DNA of 64,000 bases, from contig CM030336.1 in the NCBI GenBank assembly GCA_017654855.1, positions 4,092,001 through 4,156,000 of the forward strand, written 5' to 3'. This DNA is from Podospora anserina. Taxonomy: Eukaryota. Shown here in pieces: positions 24,408 through 36,600 of this stretch. A program made the position numbers and the translations under genes. Position 1 is the stretch's first letter, and each line of letters begins with the position of its first letter. Below the pieces are notes generated by a model, which saw only the letters and a list, made by a program, of their open reading frames with translations, had not been told where the DNA came from and ran no database searches.

Positions 24408-24930
24408 GAAATATCTCTGGCGATTTTGAACCATGTTTTCTTGTTTTTGTTTGTGGAAACGCCAGAGACAATATACCCCCACCCCATATAAAGCAGTCTC
24501 TTGTTTTGTTTGTTTATCACATCATGTATTTTTCCCCCTTGTATTCCTCATACTTTCCGTTTCAGTGAACGGAACAAACAAGTTTATTGTTTTTTGTGTT
24601 GCTGTTTTTATCTGTCTGTTTTTGCGGAAAAAGAAAACATACAAAACAAGTCGTTGGCTTTTGACAAGAAAGAAAGGAGACGGACACACAAAAAAAGAAT
24701 TACGTTGTATTGGTAGGAGTTTTGGGGATGGGGGCTGGGTTAGGTCTGGGGATATAAAGGGGTAGGGGGGCATAGGTAACGGTACGGAGCAGAAGGGTTT
24801 TCGGGTTCTAGTTCAGGGTTTTTGGTTGGGGGTGGGTTGTAGTAAGTAGGAAGGTTTTCTTTACGGGGTTGCTGCATAGTACGGTCGTTATTTTTGGATT
24901 TGTTGTTTTGTTCACCACTTTCCTCTTTGG

Positions 24931-24932
<2 letters not shown>

Positions 24933-24973
<41 letters not shown>
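24933..24973. repeat. (AC)~20 microsatellite
   Basis: acacac.. run. Confidence 0.97.
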
Positions 24974-24974
<1 letters not shown>

Positions 24975-25417
24975 GAGGGGTTGGAGTTGGAACATTTCTT
25001 TTCTGGGAGAGTTTTGGTGCATGTATATCTTGGGGAAGGGTTTTCTTGGTGGGGGATGGGAGATCATAAAGGAACATTTAAGGGCATGTAAGCGGATAAA
25101 TGGGGGGTTTGGTTATATAGGTAGTTAATGGTTTGGCATATTTTTCGAGGGTAGGACATGGAATTTACACACACAGTCACGTTCGTTACATTTTGTTTAT
25201 TTTTTGGCATTGACTGATGGTGATATTGACTAGTTAAGAACTCCAAACATGCTTCTTGGCTAGGCTAGTGTGATGCAAGATATCTTACAGGGATCCTAAT
25301 GGGGGACATATATCTTACACATTTACTCTCTCCTCTTTCTTGACCACCAGATGTGATGCTCCGGTTGATGCTTATGTACACTGACCCCCACCCCCTTCTC
25401 AAAATTACACCCCCTAT

Positions 25418-27501
25418 CTAGTCATCACTCTTCCCATCATCATCATCATCCTCCTCCTCAACAACAGTAACATCCCTCTTCTTCCCCTCCTGCTTCAACG
25501 ACACCTCCACCCCCCCATAACTCTTCTTAATCTCATACTTGCCCCCCCAAACCAGATCCTTCGCCACAATCTCCCTCGTGCGCCCCAAGCTCTCAATAGC
25601 AGCAATCCGATCAATAGTAGCCTGCAAATGCTCCCTAAACCCGGGCTGCGCCACAATCTCCCTGAACGCAATATGCATCGGCACACTGCTCGCCCTCACC
25701 TCGGCCTTGCTCGTAATGCTAAACAGATTCAACCTATCCAACGCCCTGACAAAATCCGCCCTCGTCATGATCTCCTGCGCGATATGGAGAGGGTAGCTAG
25801 GCAGGATATGGCCCTTTGCGGGATCATACGTCTCCTCCATCTCCTCCTCCTTATCCACAAGCGCAGTGGCGAGAACCACTGCAGCAGCCGCCCACTTCTG
25901 CTGGTCCATCACGTCGTCATCCATCTCCTCGCCCAAAATCCAGCATTGGTTCAAAAACCAGGTTTTTTCCACTCGCTTGATCTCCTCGCAGGTAGCGAGC
26001 ATGTCTTGTGATTTCGCCACCCTGTTGAGGAAGTTGAGGCGCCCGCCGACACGGTCGTAAATCTCCTCTAGGATTTCGCTCGACGGGACCTCAGAAAAGT
26101 ATCTCCTGCGGTAGTTTTTCAGCGCGGCAATAGCCTGGTGCTTGGGCAGGTCAAGGACCGTCAGCACGGCCATCCTGGTGGAAAGCTGCTTCAGTCTCTC
26201 ATAAACCCAGTAGTCGTCGCTGTTGAAGACCATAGTAACAAGATTAGACGCAGCCCACTGCTCCGCCCGCTGCTGAAGCAGTTCAATCAGGTCCTTCCCG
26301 TCATCATCGTCCCGGATGAGGTGCATTTGGTTAATGATAATCACCAACGGCCTGCCCACCCTTGCCCGTCTTTTGAGCGCGACTTTTTCAACCTTGTTGA
26401 GGGCGCGTTCAATGTCGAGGAGGGCGGTGGTGTCACGGGGCCCGCGCTCGGAGAAGTAACTCCCCATGTAATCTTCGTGGAATTCATAGTCTAGTGCCTT
26501 GCCGAGGCGGATGCGAAAGATTTCGAGGTCGGCGTGGGCTTCAAACATGGCCACGCCGTCGCCGTCGATCTTGCGCATCGCTTCGAGGAGCATGGAGGAT
26601 TTGCCGGTGCCTTTTTCTCCGATGAAGAGGTGGTAGTGGCCTACCTCCTTGCCGGCGACGATTTCGTCCACGATGGACTGCTCGGGGCGCTCGATCCAGT
26701 GGGTTGCCGCGGCAGTTTTGGAGAGGGGGAGGTCTTTGCCTATGGCGGCTAGGTCAAGGACGGGATCGCCGGGTTCGAAGGCGTTGGACATTTTTTTGAG
26801 GACAAAGTACTTGTAGGATTTGTGGTAGGTGTAGGCTGCGAGGGCGAAGCCGGTGCCGAGGACGAGGATGGAGGCTAGGGAGGTGGCGGCGGACTCGAGC
26901 ATCTTGTACCATATGGAGGGTTCGTGGCGGTGATCGTCATCTGGGGGGGCATTTTGTTAGTATCGGGCGTCTACTCCGTGATGGTGTTTTGGCGGGATAG
27001 CATTGAGGATGTTGTAAGTGAGAGCCTCGTAGGGGAAATGTTGGATTTAAGGGTGGATCCCTGCACCAGTCCCGACCCGTGGATGTTGCGTCATTCTGAT
27101 CATCCCAAGCTCTCGGGTCCCTGATAGATATGCCCATGATTGGGTCAATTGTCGGCGCGTTCCTGAAGCTCTCGAGATATCTCACGCGAGCTCAGGTACC
27201 TACGCCATTCCAGTCGCGAGATGCCCCAAGTGCACGCAAACCACCAAAATAAAAGAGCTGAAAATAACGTACCATTGCATTTGTCTTTATCCTTGGAATA
27301 ATGTCTCCTTTCCTGTCGTGGTCCAGGTTGTGGCGTCCAATGTATCCTTCTCAACGTCGTGGGTGGTGGTGGTGGTGGTGCGCTCCTCTCATTTGGTATC
27401 CTTGGCCCACGAGCCCAAAGCCCCCTTTGTGCTGCCACCGCTGCTGCCCCACCCGAATATCCACGGGATGCCAACCGGCTCCCTGCCCGTATTAGACCCA
27501 T
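25418..27501 (-). CDS. Uncharacterised P-loop NTPase (AAA-like), probable mitochondrial membrane protein
   Basis: Exons 27501-27273 and 26940-25418 joined in phase by a 332-nt intron (GTACGT..CTAAC..CAG); Arg-rich presequence, TM segment, Walker A GEKGTGKS, variant Walker B LVIIINQ. Confidence 0.88.
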
Positions 27502-30300
27502 ATGTGGTGATTACCGGCGTGCCCCTTTTGGCGAAGAGAGTTTTAAAAGAAATAAATGGCGAATAGAAGTCCGGAAAAACAAGAAGTGAAAACGGTGGGA
27601 AGATGTATCAACACCCAAGCAACGACCCAAAGGAAAAAAGTGGTGGCTCCCTCACTGCCCGCGGCAGTTGGGCTTTTGCTAGCTGCAGGAAACAATGATA
27701 GCGCCTGAGCTAGACTGGGATGTCGCTACCGGCGGGGCGGGAGTGATCGATGTGAGGATTCGGAAAATGTGACTGTACAAACAGGAAAATATGGGGGTTG
27801 AAGTGAGTGAGTGACTTTGACGATGTCTGATGATATCAGGTAACACCAAAAAGAAAAATTCGGGAAATGGAGTTCAACGAGTGGATAGCGGGATCGCCAA
27901 GAACAAACAAAAAAAGCAGAAAAAAAAAACAAAGCCAATTGTCAAAATCTCCAACAAGGGATCTCGTGAGTTTGTGAAGGTGTGTTGTTTGTCTCTCTCA
28001 AAAAGAGGGAGAGGGAAAAGAAAGGGGAGCATTGAGCACGGGACAAGGGACGGAGACGCGATAATCGGAAAGCTATCTAGGGTTACAGCGGTGACATCAA
28101 TTTCTGGGCAGGCAAAAGGGTGGTCAATTCGCGTTGGCTGTCCCTTCTGCCGGCAGGCCCAGAGGGAGGGCAGACGGCGAAACACAGCGCCCCGAAACTT
28201 GACGCCGTTCCCACAAATAGTGTAGCGGTCGCTGAATTGGCGGGCCCGATAACCACCCACAAGCTCACCAAGCTCACCAACAAGCTCAGCTGAGGGATTT
28301 CGATGGACAGGGACCGACTGCACAGTAAGAAGCTTGGCAATGCGGGGGGTCCATTTTTGGGTGCTTGTGTTCTGGAGGCCGCACATCGAGGCCAGACCAC
28401 GTGGGCTTGGAATGAGTGTTGAGCATGTGCCACTGCCTGCCGGCTGGTTGTCAGCTGCCAAAGCTGCCCCTGAGCCCCTGAATCCAACGACATCTCAACA
28501 TGACGGCGATGAGCACTTCGATGAAGGGGCATAATGTTGTTGGAGAAAGCATACGTGGTGTTTATTTGGTTACTGGCGGCTCTCAAAATGCCAGTGACAC
28601 CAAAACCGGAACTGCAAGAGGGATAGAAGGGAAGCTTTCTCTTCTGAACAAAATCTACTTGCTCTCCCCAACCAAGAAAAGCTCGATGACATCCCCCACA
28701 GCAACAACTCCCGCAAATACTTGGAGTAACATAATGCCGTTGTCGCCTCTTCTCAGAATGCGCCTGCTGACCCCGAGGCGGAACCACCTGGCTTACACCA
28801 GATAAGTGACAACCTCCACGCAGCATGCTCGAAACACTGGGAGACCAGAGGCTCAAGCACCTCCCATGCTATGCGCAACCTTTGGGATGTGCTACTACTA
28901 TGTCTCTGTCGAATTCTCCGGAAATACTGTGTTTTTCCTTTGTATTTGCCATATCTGAGAGACGTGTAGACCGGAGGATGCCGTTCCTTCCAATTTTGAC
29001 GATTCCCAGCCATTAAATACCGTGGAAAAAGCCCTACAATCGCAACCCTCAAGGTAAACAATGGAAAGAGCGATCTGAATAGCCTCCTGGACCGTGCGCC
29101 CGGCCATCGAGGTGCGCGGCTTTCCAGGTCTCTTGACAGAAAATCTCATGACTTTTGTTCTTAGTCTTCCTCAACTCCACCGATCAAATCGCCTGCTCTC
29201 GCCGCTGCTCTCCGACCCCCGGCGCCCGCGAACGAACTGGCATCTCGCCAGCAAACGAGAGGGGTATGGTATGTGACATTTCCAATATCTCATCCTTTTT
29301 CCCATCGCCAGCGTTGTTCAGATTGCTTGTGTGGTGTGGTCGCTGCTGGCTCACGAGTGCGGGTTCGATGGCGGCCATCCCACTTTCAAAACCGATCACT
29401 CAGTGATGTCTCTTTTTTGGACACTTTTGTGCGTTTTTGGAAAGAGTTGCTGCGGACGTTTTGCTCCGGGGATGGGTGGCCTGGCCTGATATTTCAGACA
29501 CTGGGGTTTGGCAGTTGCTGGGCCTTGTGCTTGGGAGGGAGATTAACTCGTGAAAGGGCTCACTTGGCAAGTGCTTAAGTTGTTGAGTTTCCAAGCAACT
29601 TTGGCTTACTCCCATACCCCCTTTTGCTTGTTTACTTACAACACATCACCCGAGTTACCTTACCTTTTTATCCACTTACAAGCACTTCTTTTCACATCAA
29701 CCTCATTCATCTGCCTTCATCCTACTTCAGCATACCCCCAATCTACCTCAGTCTTTCTTTCTTTTATCCCAACTCTCGAGAGACTCTACACCATCCTCTT
29801 CCATTATTATGATCATCTTCACCAACTCTATCCCAACAATGGCCATTCCTTATCCCACGTTTCTACACCCTTCACCTCATTCTTTTATACGATCATGCCC
29901 AACTTCTCACACGCCCAATACTGGCTGTTCAACACTAACATGTCAACTTCATAGTACCAGAACACATTTCGTCCAGATTCACACCTCAACCCGCACCTGA
30001 AACTCATCACCTTCTCACCAACCTTCGAACATCTTCGGCAGACACTCACCTCACTTTCCTCCTTCCAAAACCTTCTCATCCTGCCTGATCACAGCCACAA
30101 AGACTACACTCCTACTTCGAAATCACACAACTCGTTTCCCCAATCCAAAGCCCCAAACTCACTTCCCATCAAGCTTGTTCATAATCAACAAAACCCCTCA
30201 GCATTTACAACACCATCCTTTGCTATTTTCTCAAACCTCACTTTCACCCCAACCCCTAAACCTGGTGATGGTTCCTCAAAGCTAACAAGTCACAGTCACA

Positions 30301-31822
30301 ATGGAAACGGGAAACTGGAGCGAGGAAGGCGCAGCGGGCGGTAGCTCCTCCGCCTTCAGCTGGCTGGACGAGCTGGCCGAAGAGGCCTGGCTTAACAAGG
30401 AGGCAGAAGAAGACGTGGGGGTCCGCGGTGACGGTTTGGTCAGCGAAAGCTGGCCTTTCCCTGCCGTGGAGGCTGCGAGGCCACTCCCGCGTCTGCCCTC
30501 CACGGCGTTCGCGGGCCAACGGAGCCGGCGGTGGCAGCCTCGCTTCCAGCCGACACTCTCTGTGGTCCGGGACCTGTCACCGGCCCCACCCCCGCCGACT
30601 CCAAGCTGCGCTCCGCCCTCGCCTCCGACGACGTCTGTCGTCGGCCAGGCAGAGGAAAGCTTGGACCGGTTGGGCCCGGTTGACAAGGGCAAAGGTAAGG
30701 CAGTGGACGAGGAGCAGCCGGCTGGGAGACCCACCTTCCAGCAGACGGTGGCCACAGCACCCACATCTTCTCCCTCCCAGGCACCGCCAATTCCACGGCT
30801 GCCCTCACCATTGCCTTCCTTTGTGCGCCGTATGTTGGAGACTTCTGCCCCCCCTCGCTTGGCCGACCGCCCGCTGCATCCCGATCTCCTCAGAGAGAGG
30901 GTGCCGGTCGCGACTGCCTCACCGCGTGAGTTTACATCCTATCTCTCAGTTCTCTGGGGCTTTATCACTGACTTTCTGCGTAGCAACTTCGGCCACGACT
31001 CTGCCTGTGCCGCAAACCAGGCCACCCATCCCACAGCTCCCGCCGTTCGTCCACTCTCCTTCGCCAACCAAGAGAGCCTCAACCACACCAATGGCGCCGA
31101 CAGAGAGGCCAGTCACACCTCTGCAAGTCGCTCAGCCAGAGCTCAAGAGTCGCTGGAGCCCCTCGCCTCCTCCCTCACCGACCAAGGTTCAAAAGCTCAT
31201 GAAGGCAATGAGCTTCGCAAGTTTGAGATCCCAAAAGTCGAAAACCAGTCTTCGCGAGCAGTCGAGTTCCTCCGCTGTTCCTCCGGTTCCTGATCTCCCT
31301 CCGACAACTCCTGACACTACAAAACGCAAATCCGATCGATCAAGTGCAAGCACAAAGAAGAGCTTTGGTTCTTTCGGCAAAAGCTCTTTGGGCAGAGGTA
31401 GCTCGTCCTCCCAAAAGTCCAATTGGGTGGCAGCAGCATTCGGCTGTGATTCCTCCTCCATCACACGTCCAAGAACTGCTTCTGGAAGGACCGAGAGAAG
31501 CTCGACAACAGAGAGAAGCTCCGGCAGCAGTTTGATGAGCTCGGCGTTGAGCAGACAAGCAAGCACGATCACCCCAGAGAGACCACAGGCTGGACTGTCG
31601 TCTTTGCCTCTTCTTCCAGCAGCTTCTACTTTCCACCCCGAACCCCCCTCCGCTACTCACATAGTTCCGCCAATGCCACCTGTGCCTCAGTCTCCCCCCC
31701 ACCCTTCAGATCTGCACAGAAAGATCTCCATGCCGAGCATGTTCCTGCGGAAAAAGAAGTCGAGCTTGAACAAGAAAGAGGACCCTCAAGAGAATAAGGG
31801 TGAAGACGAGGAGGGCAAATGA
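30301..31822 (+). CDS. Uncharacterised Ser/Pro-rich disordered protein
   Basis: Two overlapping ORFs join through intron 30926-30983 (GTGAGT..CTGAC..TAG); ATG in cacaATG context after a long G-poor leader. Confidence 0.75.
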
Positions 31823-33277
31823 GGGAGACACCAATCCTTCAAGCTATCACTGGCTAATTTAAACAACCCAACAATTACCACAGGGTCACGACCAACGACC
31901 GTATGCCACACAGGGTAACTTACGATTCAACACCGCCGACCGCCGTCTTCAACAACACGCGAGTCTTCATACAACAAGTCCAGTATGTCGTTGACTTCAT
32001 CTCCTTTCACCTTGAACATTTCCTATTCTTGATTCTCCTTCTATTTCACTAATTTCGCGTTTTTCTTTTCTTTTTCTCAATTTCGGTCTGCATTTCGAAT
32101 CCGGCGTTTGGCACACAGGACATTCGCCCAGGGATACAAGACTTCTACTCCTTTATACTTGTACCAGAAGTTCCCGGTACGAGGGATCAAAGCAGCATCC
32201 ATGATACCCCCATCGTTCAGCTTACGGCATAAATAAGTCTCAACGAACATGGTTTAGAGAGATGATATACCCTGAGACACCCATCCCCATTTCATTATGG
32301 TCAAACAGAGCATCACCACGGAAGTATCACCATGGAGGCATACAGTACTCAGAAAACATGGTTCATCACCAGATACCCGGTATTTCAGGCGTTAGCACTG
32401 GTAGGCGGCATCACCAGCGAGGAAATACAGTACTTACAGGGCTATGGTTGTATTGACACGGCGTCAGGGCGAGGTGGATCACAAAAAGGGGCATGAACAA
32501 GGGCGTGCAGGATTGGGAGGAAAAGTCATTTTGCTTTGCATTTACATGTTTGGGGTTTGATAAGGGGTTACGATCATTGCTGGCATGGGGTTTGGTGTAT
32601 TTTGGCATTCACAAGGGAAGGGTGACGGTGTATGAGAACGGTTACGGATGAATTCAGATATTTTGGGGCTTTGAGACATGGACTTTTGTGCATGTGAGAT
32701 GCGTGAGATATGTTGCTGTCTACGAGCTGTGCTCTGTGTATGAGCCGTAGCTCTGTGTAGGGTATGTCTCCTGTTCACAGAGATGTTATTCAATGCAACG
32801 AAGGATGTGGTAACCTCGGCTTTTAATCTCATGTAGGTGAACGTCTCACCATCTCGACCTTGTATTTGACCTTCTCGTCCTTATTACTGTTTAGTCTTTT
32901 CACCATCGCAGTCAAAGCTTTAGGTAGGTAGCTAAAAGATGATATGTGCATCCTTGGAATCGATAGCTCAGACAGGTGACAGTCAAAGTTGGGACCGTGG
33001 ACACCAACAGCTGAAATAGCTGAGATGGCAGCTTTGGATCAAGTAGACTGGGGGAGTAGAAAGCTCAAACATTGCTGAATCCTGCTTGGATAGATGGGCG
33101 TTGAAGGTCCATGTTACTCAAGTCGACCATAAGGTAGGTCAGACAAGACTCTGCGCAACACCAGGAGAGGAGAAATTGAAGAGATATGCTGCATAACCCC
33201 AATCCGTTGTTTTTCCACTTGGATTTCGACCCTTCGCACCTGCTGACTTTTGATGCACGACTCAAAAGTTTAACATC

Positions 33278-33415
33278 ACGCGTCCGTTTGCTCAATTGTC
33301 GAGGAAGTGCGAGGTGGTGGTCGGAGTCTGAGCTCAAAAGCCTAGAAACCAACAGCTAACCCCAACCCTAGGTACCTGGTCAACGCGTCGGTGGCTGCTG
33401 ACCCACCCAACGCGT
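33278..33415. promoter_or_regulatory. Three perfect MCB (ACGCGT) elements upstream of the Reb1-like gene
   Basis: ACGCGT at 33278-33283, 33383-33388 and 33410-33415. Confidence 0.6.
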
Positions 33416-33649
33416 GCAATCGTTTGCCAAAAAAAATTTAGGCTCCCAAAAAGACCTACCCGGCACCCCACGTGGACCAACTGCGCCCTCAACCTTCTAT
33501 CGCAAAAACCCCTGCGGACTATCCCAATTCTTCCATGCAGAAAAAACGACTCCACAAACCATGCAAGATTTGCGCCGGCGCTCTCCAGCAAACTGAAACT
33601 CTGGGTCTGGATTGATTCTCCTCCCTCCAACTCGGCGGCCGCCCGCCGA

Positions 33650-36600
33650 ATGACAATGGGCCAAGAACAGAGCGCTCCTCGCGAGAACGACGACGACAAC
33701 ACGGACATCCAAAGCGGCCGCTCATCCCCACTTCCCCGCTGGGACCACCCGGAAAACCAGGAGCAAGTAGAACGACAACACGCGGCTACTACCGAGCCGC
33801 TCCCCGAGACCGAGCCCCCTCCCGAGGCGAGCAAGAAAGAGAAGAAGAAGAAGAAGAAAAAGAAGAAGGATCGCGAGAGGAGCGTTGGTGAAGTTATGGA
33901 CTCACCGGGCCGATCTCTGTCGCAGCTGACGCCGCTGAAGAGGAAGAAGACGCGTCCTCCGTCTTTGGGGAATGTCGAGAATGTTGGTCAGAGCTCGGAT
34001 GGTGGTGGGTCGGCGAGGCGGAAGTTGAAGAAGTCGAAGCGGATGTCGTTGGGGACGATTTTGAATGACAACGCCGATGCTGTTGAGAACAATGACAGTC
34101 AGGACTCGTTTGTTCCCCAGCCGACGCTTCCAGAGCTCGAATCTGAGCCTCGGCTTGAGAATAATGAGGAAGAGGACGAGGGAATGGAGGATGCTATGGC
34201 TTCTCAACGGCGCAAATCGAGTAGCAAGAAGAAGGGCAGGAACAAGAAGGCTGAGCCAGAACCAGAGCCGGAACCAGAGCCAGAGGTGGAACCAGAGCCG
34301 GAGCCGGGGCCAGAGCAAGAGCAGGAGTCAGTGCCAGAGGTGGGACCGGCCCCTGAAGCCGCCGCCGTGGAGGATGATATGGAATTGGACGAAGCTGAGG
34401 AGGATCTTGCCAACCTGAAGACTGAACGCCCGGATCACGATTCTGACGATGACGTCGACATGGAGGACGGTTCGCCAGCACGATCCCAGCACGTTTCCGA
34501 GACACCCGCCCCTCAAGAGGAAGAGGAGGAATCGCCTACTTCGCCCATCGTGCACGTTAAGTCCGAGCCAGGGGTGTATGACGAAGACGAGGACATGTCG
34601 AGGCTTGGGCAGGGAGATGCCACGGACGAAGAAGAGTCACCTGTGCCAACCAAGACCGAGAGACTACAAAGGGTGATGGATGAAGCACAGTCTGCCTACG
34701 ACTCTGGGTATGTCGAGACGGATGGCAGCAACGAAAGAAGTCAGAGGTTCGCGACTCAGGTTTCGCCCGCTCTGGACCATGAAGAGGCTACGCCGTCGGA
34801 AGATGAGGTAATGCAGAATGTGAAGTCTGCGCCGGAGGAGGATGAGGAGGAGATGAACGGGATACCGGCGAGTGAGGCCAGCCCTGCTCAGGCGCTTAAG
34901 GCTGCGCCTGAGAGTGAGGGTGAGGAGGAGGGAGCACCAGAGAGCGAGGCCGAGGAGGAGCAGGTATTGAAGGCCGAGGAGGAAGAAAGCGAGGTAGACG
35001 ACGAAGAGCCGGTTAATGACCCCCTCGAAGACAGTGCGGACGAGGAGGAGGTAAGCGAGGAGAGGTTCTCCGAAATCCCCGAAAGCGACATTGAACAACC
35101 AGAAATGCAGCACGAGGAACCGAGAGTCGAACCACCGTCGGAAGCTGGGAATGTGCCGACCAGTCAGAGCGAGCAAGCTCATGTCAATGGGACCACCGTT
35201 CAATCTTCACCAGATCTTGGCGGCGACGATGTTGCTTATGCGGCTTCGCCATCACCCCCTCCCCCCTCATCTGCCAGGGCCCGTTCTTCCACGAAACGTA
35301 AGGTGAAACGTGCTTTCAATCCCGACGCCCCCGTCAGCGAGCCAGACGCACAGCCGGAGACATCCTCAGCTCGCTCCCAAAAGAAGCGTAAATCAAGAGA
35401 TCAACCAGAGGAGCCTGAGGAGGAAGAGAAACCTGAGGAGCCCGAGGAGGAGCCCGAGGAGGAAGAAGCTCCTGCTCCCACCCCAGCACCCAAGAAGAAA
35501 AGGTCCAAGAAGATTCGCGAAGTTCTTCAAGAGCAAGAGGGCGGCGAGATCGACGAGGAGGCCCCCGCTGCCTCTACACCTGCCCCAAAGCAGAAGAAGA
35601 CACCAAGGTCAAAGAAGTCGAAGAAGGCGGCCTCCGAGGAACAAGAAGAGAAACTCGATAAGCACGGTTACGCTACTGGGAGACTTACTGCTGTTGAAGA
35701 AGATAAGGTCACCAAAGCAGTGAACAAGTTTCGCAAGGACGAGGGCCTAACCCAGGCTGAAATCAACAGGATCATCCAAGAAAACCCTGCCGTAGCCGTG
35801 CACAATGCCAAGGGCGCCCCGACATTGCATGCCGCTCTTTGGACCGCTGTGTGCGAGGCGTGCCCTTCAAGATCACGGTTGAAGCTGCAGAAGTTTTGCA
35901 GACGAAAATTCCACAACTTTGTGGCACGTGGTCAGTGGACTGCTGAACAGGATGAGGAGCTACAGGAAATGATGAAGATTCACGGCAACAAGTGGACAGT
36001 CATCGGAGGTCTGATCAACAGACATCCCCAGGATGTTCGTGACAGGTGGAGAGACTATATCGTTTGCCGGGACAAAGTAGTGAAGCATGACTGGGGCAAC
36101 GAGGAGGAGGCGAAGCTCACCCAAGCAGTCAAGGAGGCCGTCGACAAGATTCGGAAAGACCTCATCTCGAGGGGGGAGGACGAAGGACAAGCCGAGAGCC
36201 TGGTCAACTGGCAGGCTATCAGCGAGGCGATGGGCCGGACGAGAAACCGACTTCAGTGCATGGAGAAGTGGAAGAGAATACTCAAAGCTGAGCCGATTGC
36301 GGACCGGGACAGGGTCATCACCTTGCTCCCTGATACTGACAACTGGAGAGTGAAACTGGCTCGCCAGGATTTGACCAAGATTACACCAGCTGAGAAATAC
36401 AGATTGGCCTGCGTCATCCGCGATGGCTGCACGGAAACCGAGCGGGAGATCGACTGGAAGAAGATTACCGAGAGGATCTTCAAGGACAAGTATCAGCGTC
36501 AAGCCCTGGTTGTTATCTGGGGCCGGTTGAGGTCGTCGGTGCCACACCATGGGGATAAGACCGTTCATGAATGCGCGCAGCATATTGTTGATAGGTATGA

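Noticed and set aside
27874-28856. 195-aa and 257-aa minus-strand ORFs
   Set aside because: No convincing start context, motifs or coding-like composition
32085-32110. TTCGAATCC T-loop-like word as a tRNA
   Set aside because: No cloverleaf stems or A-box around it
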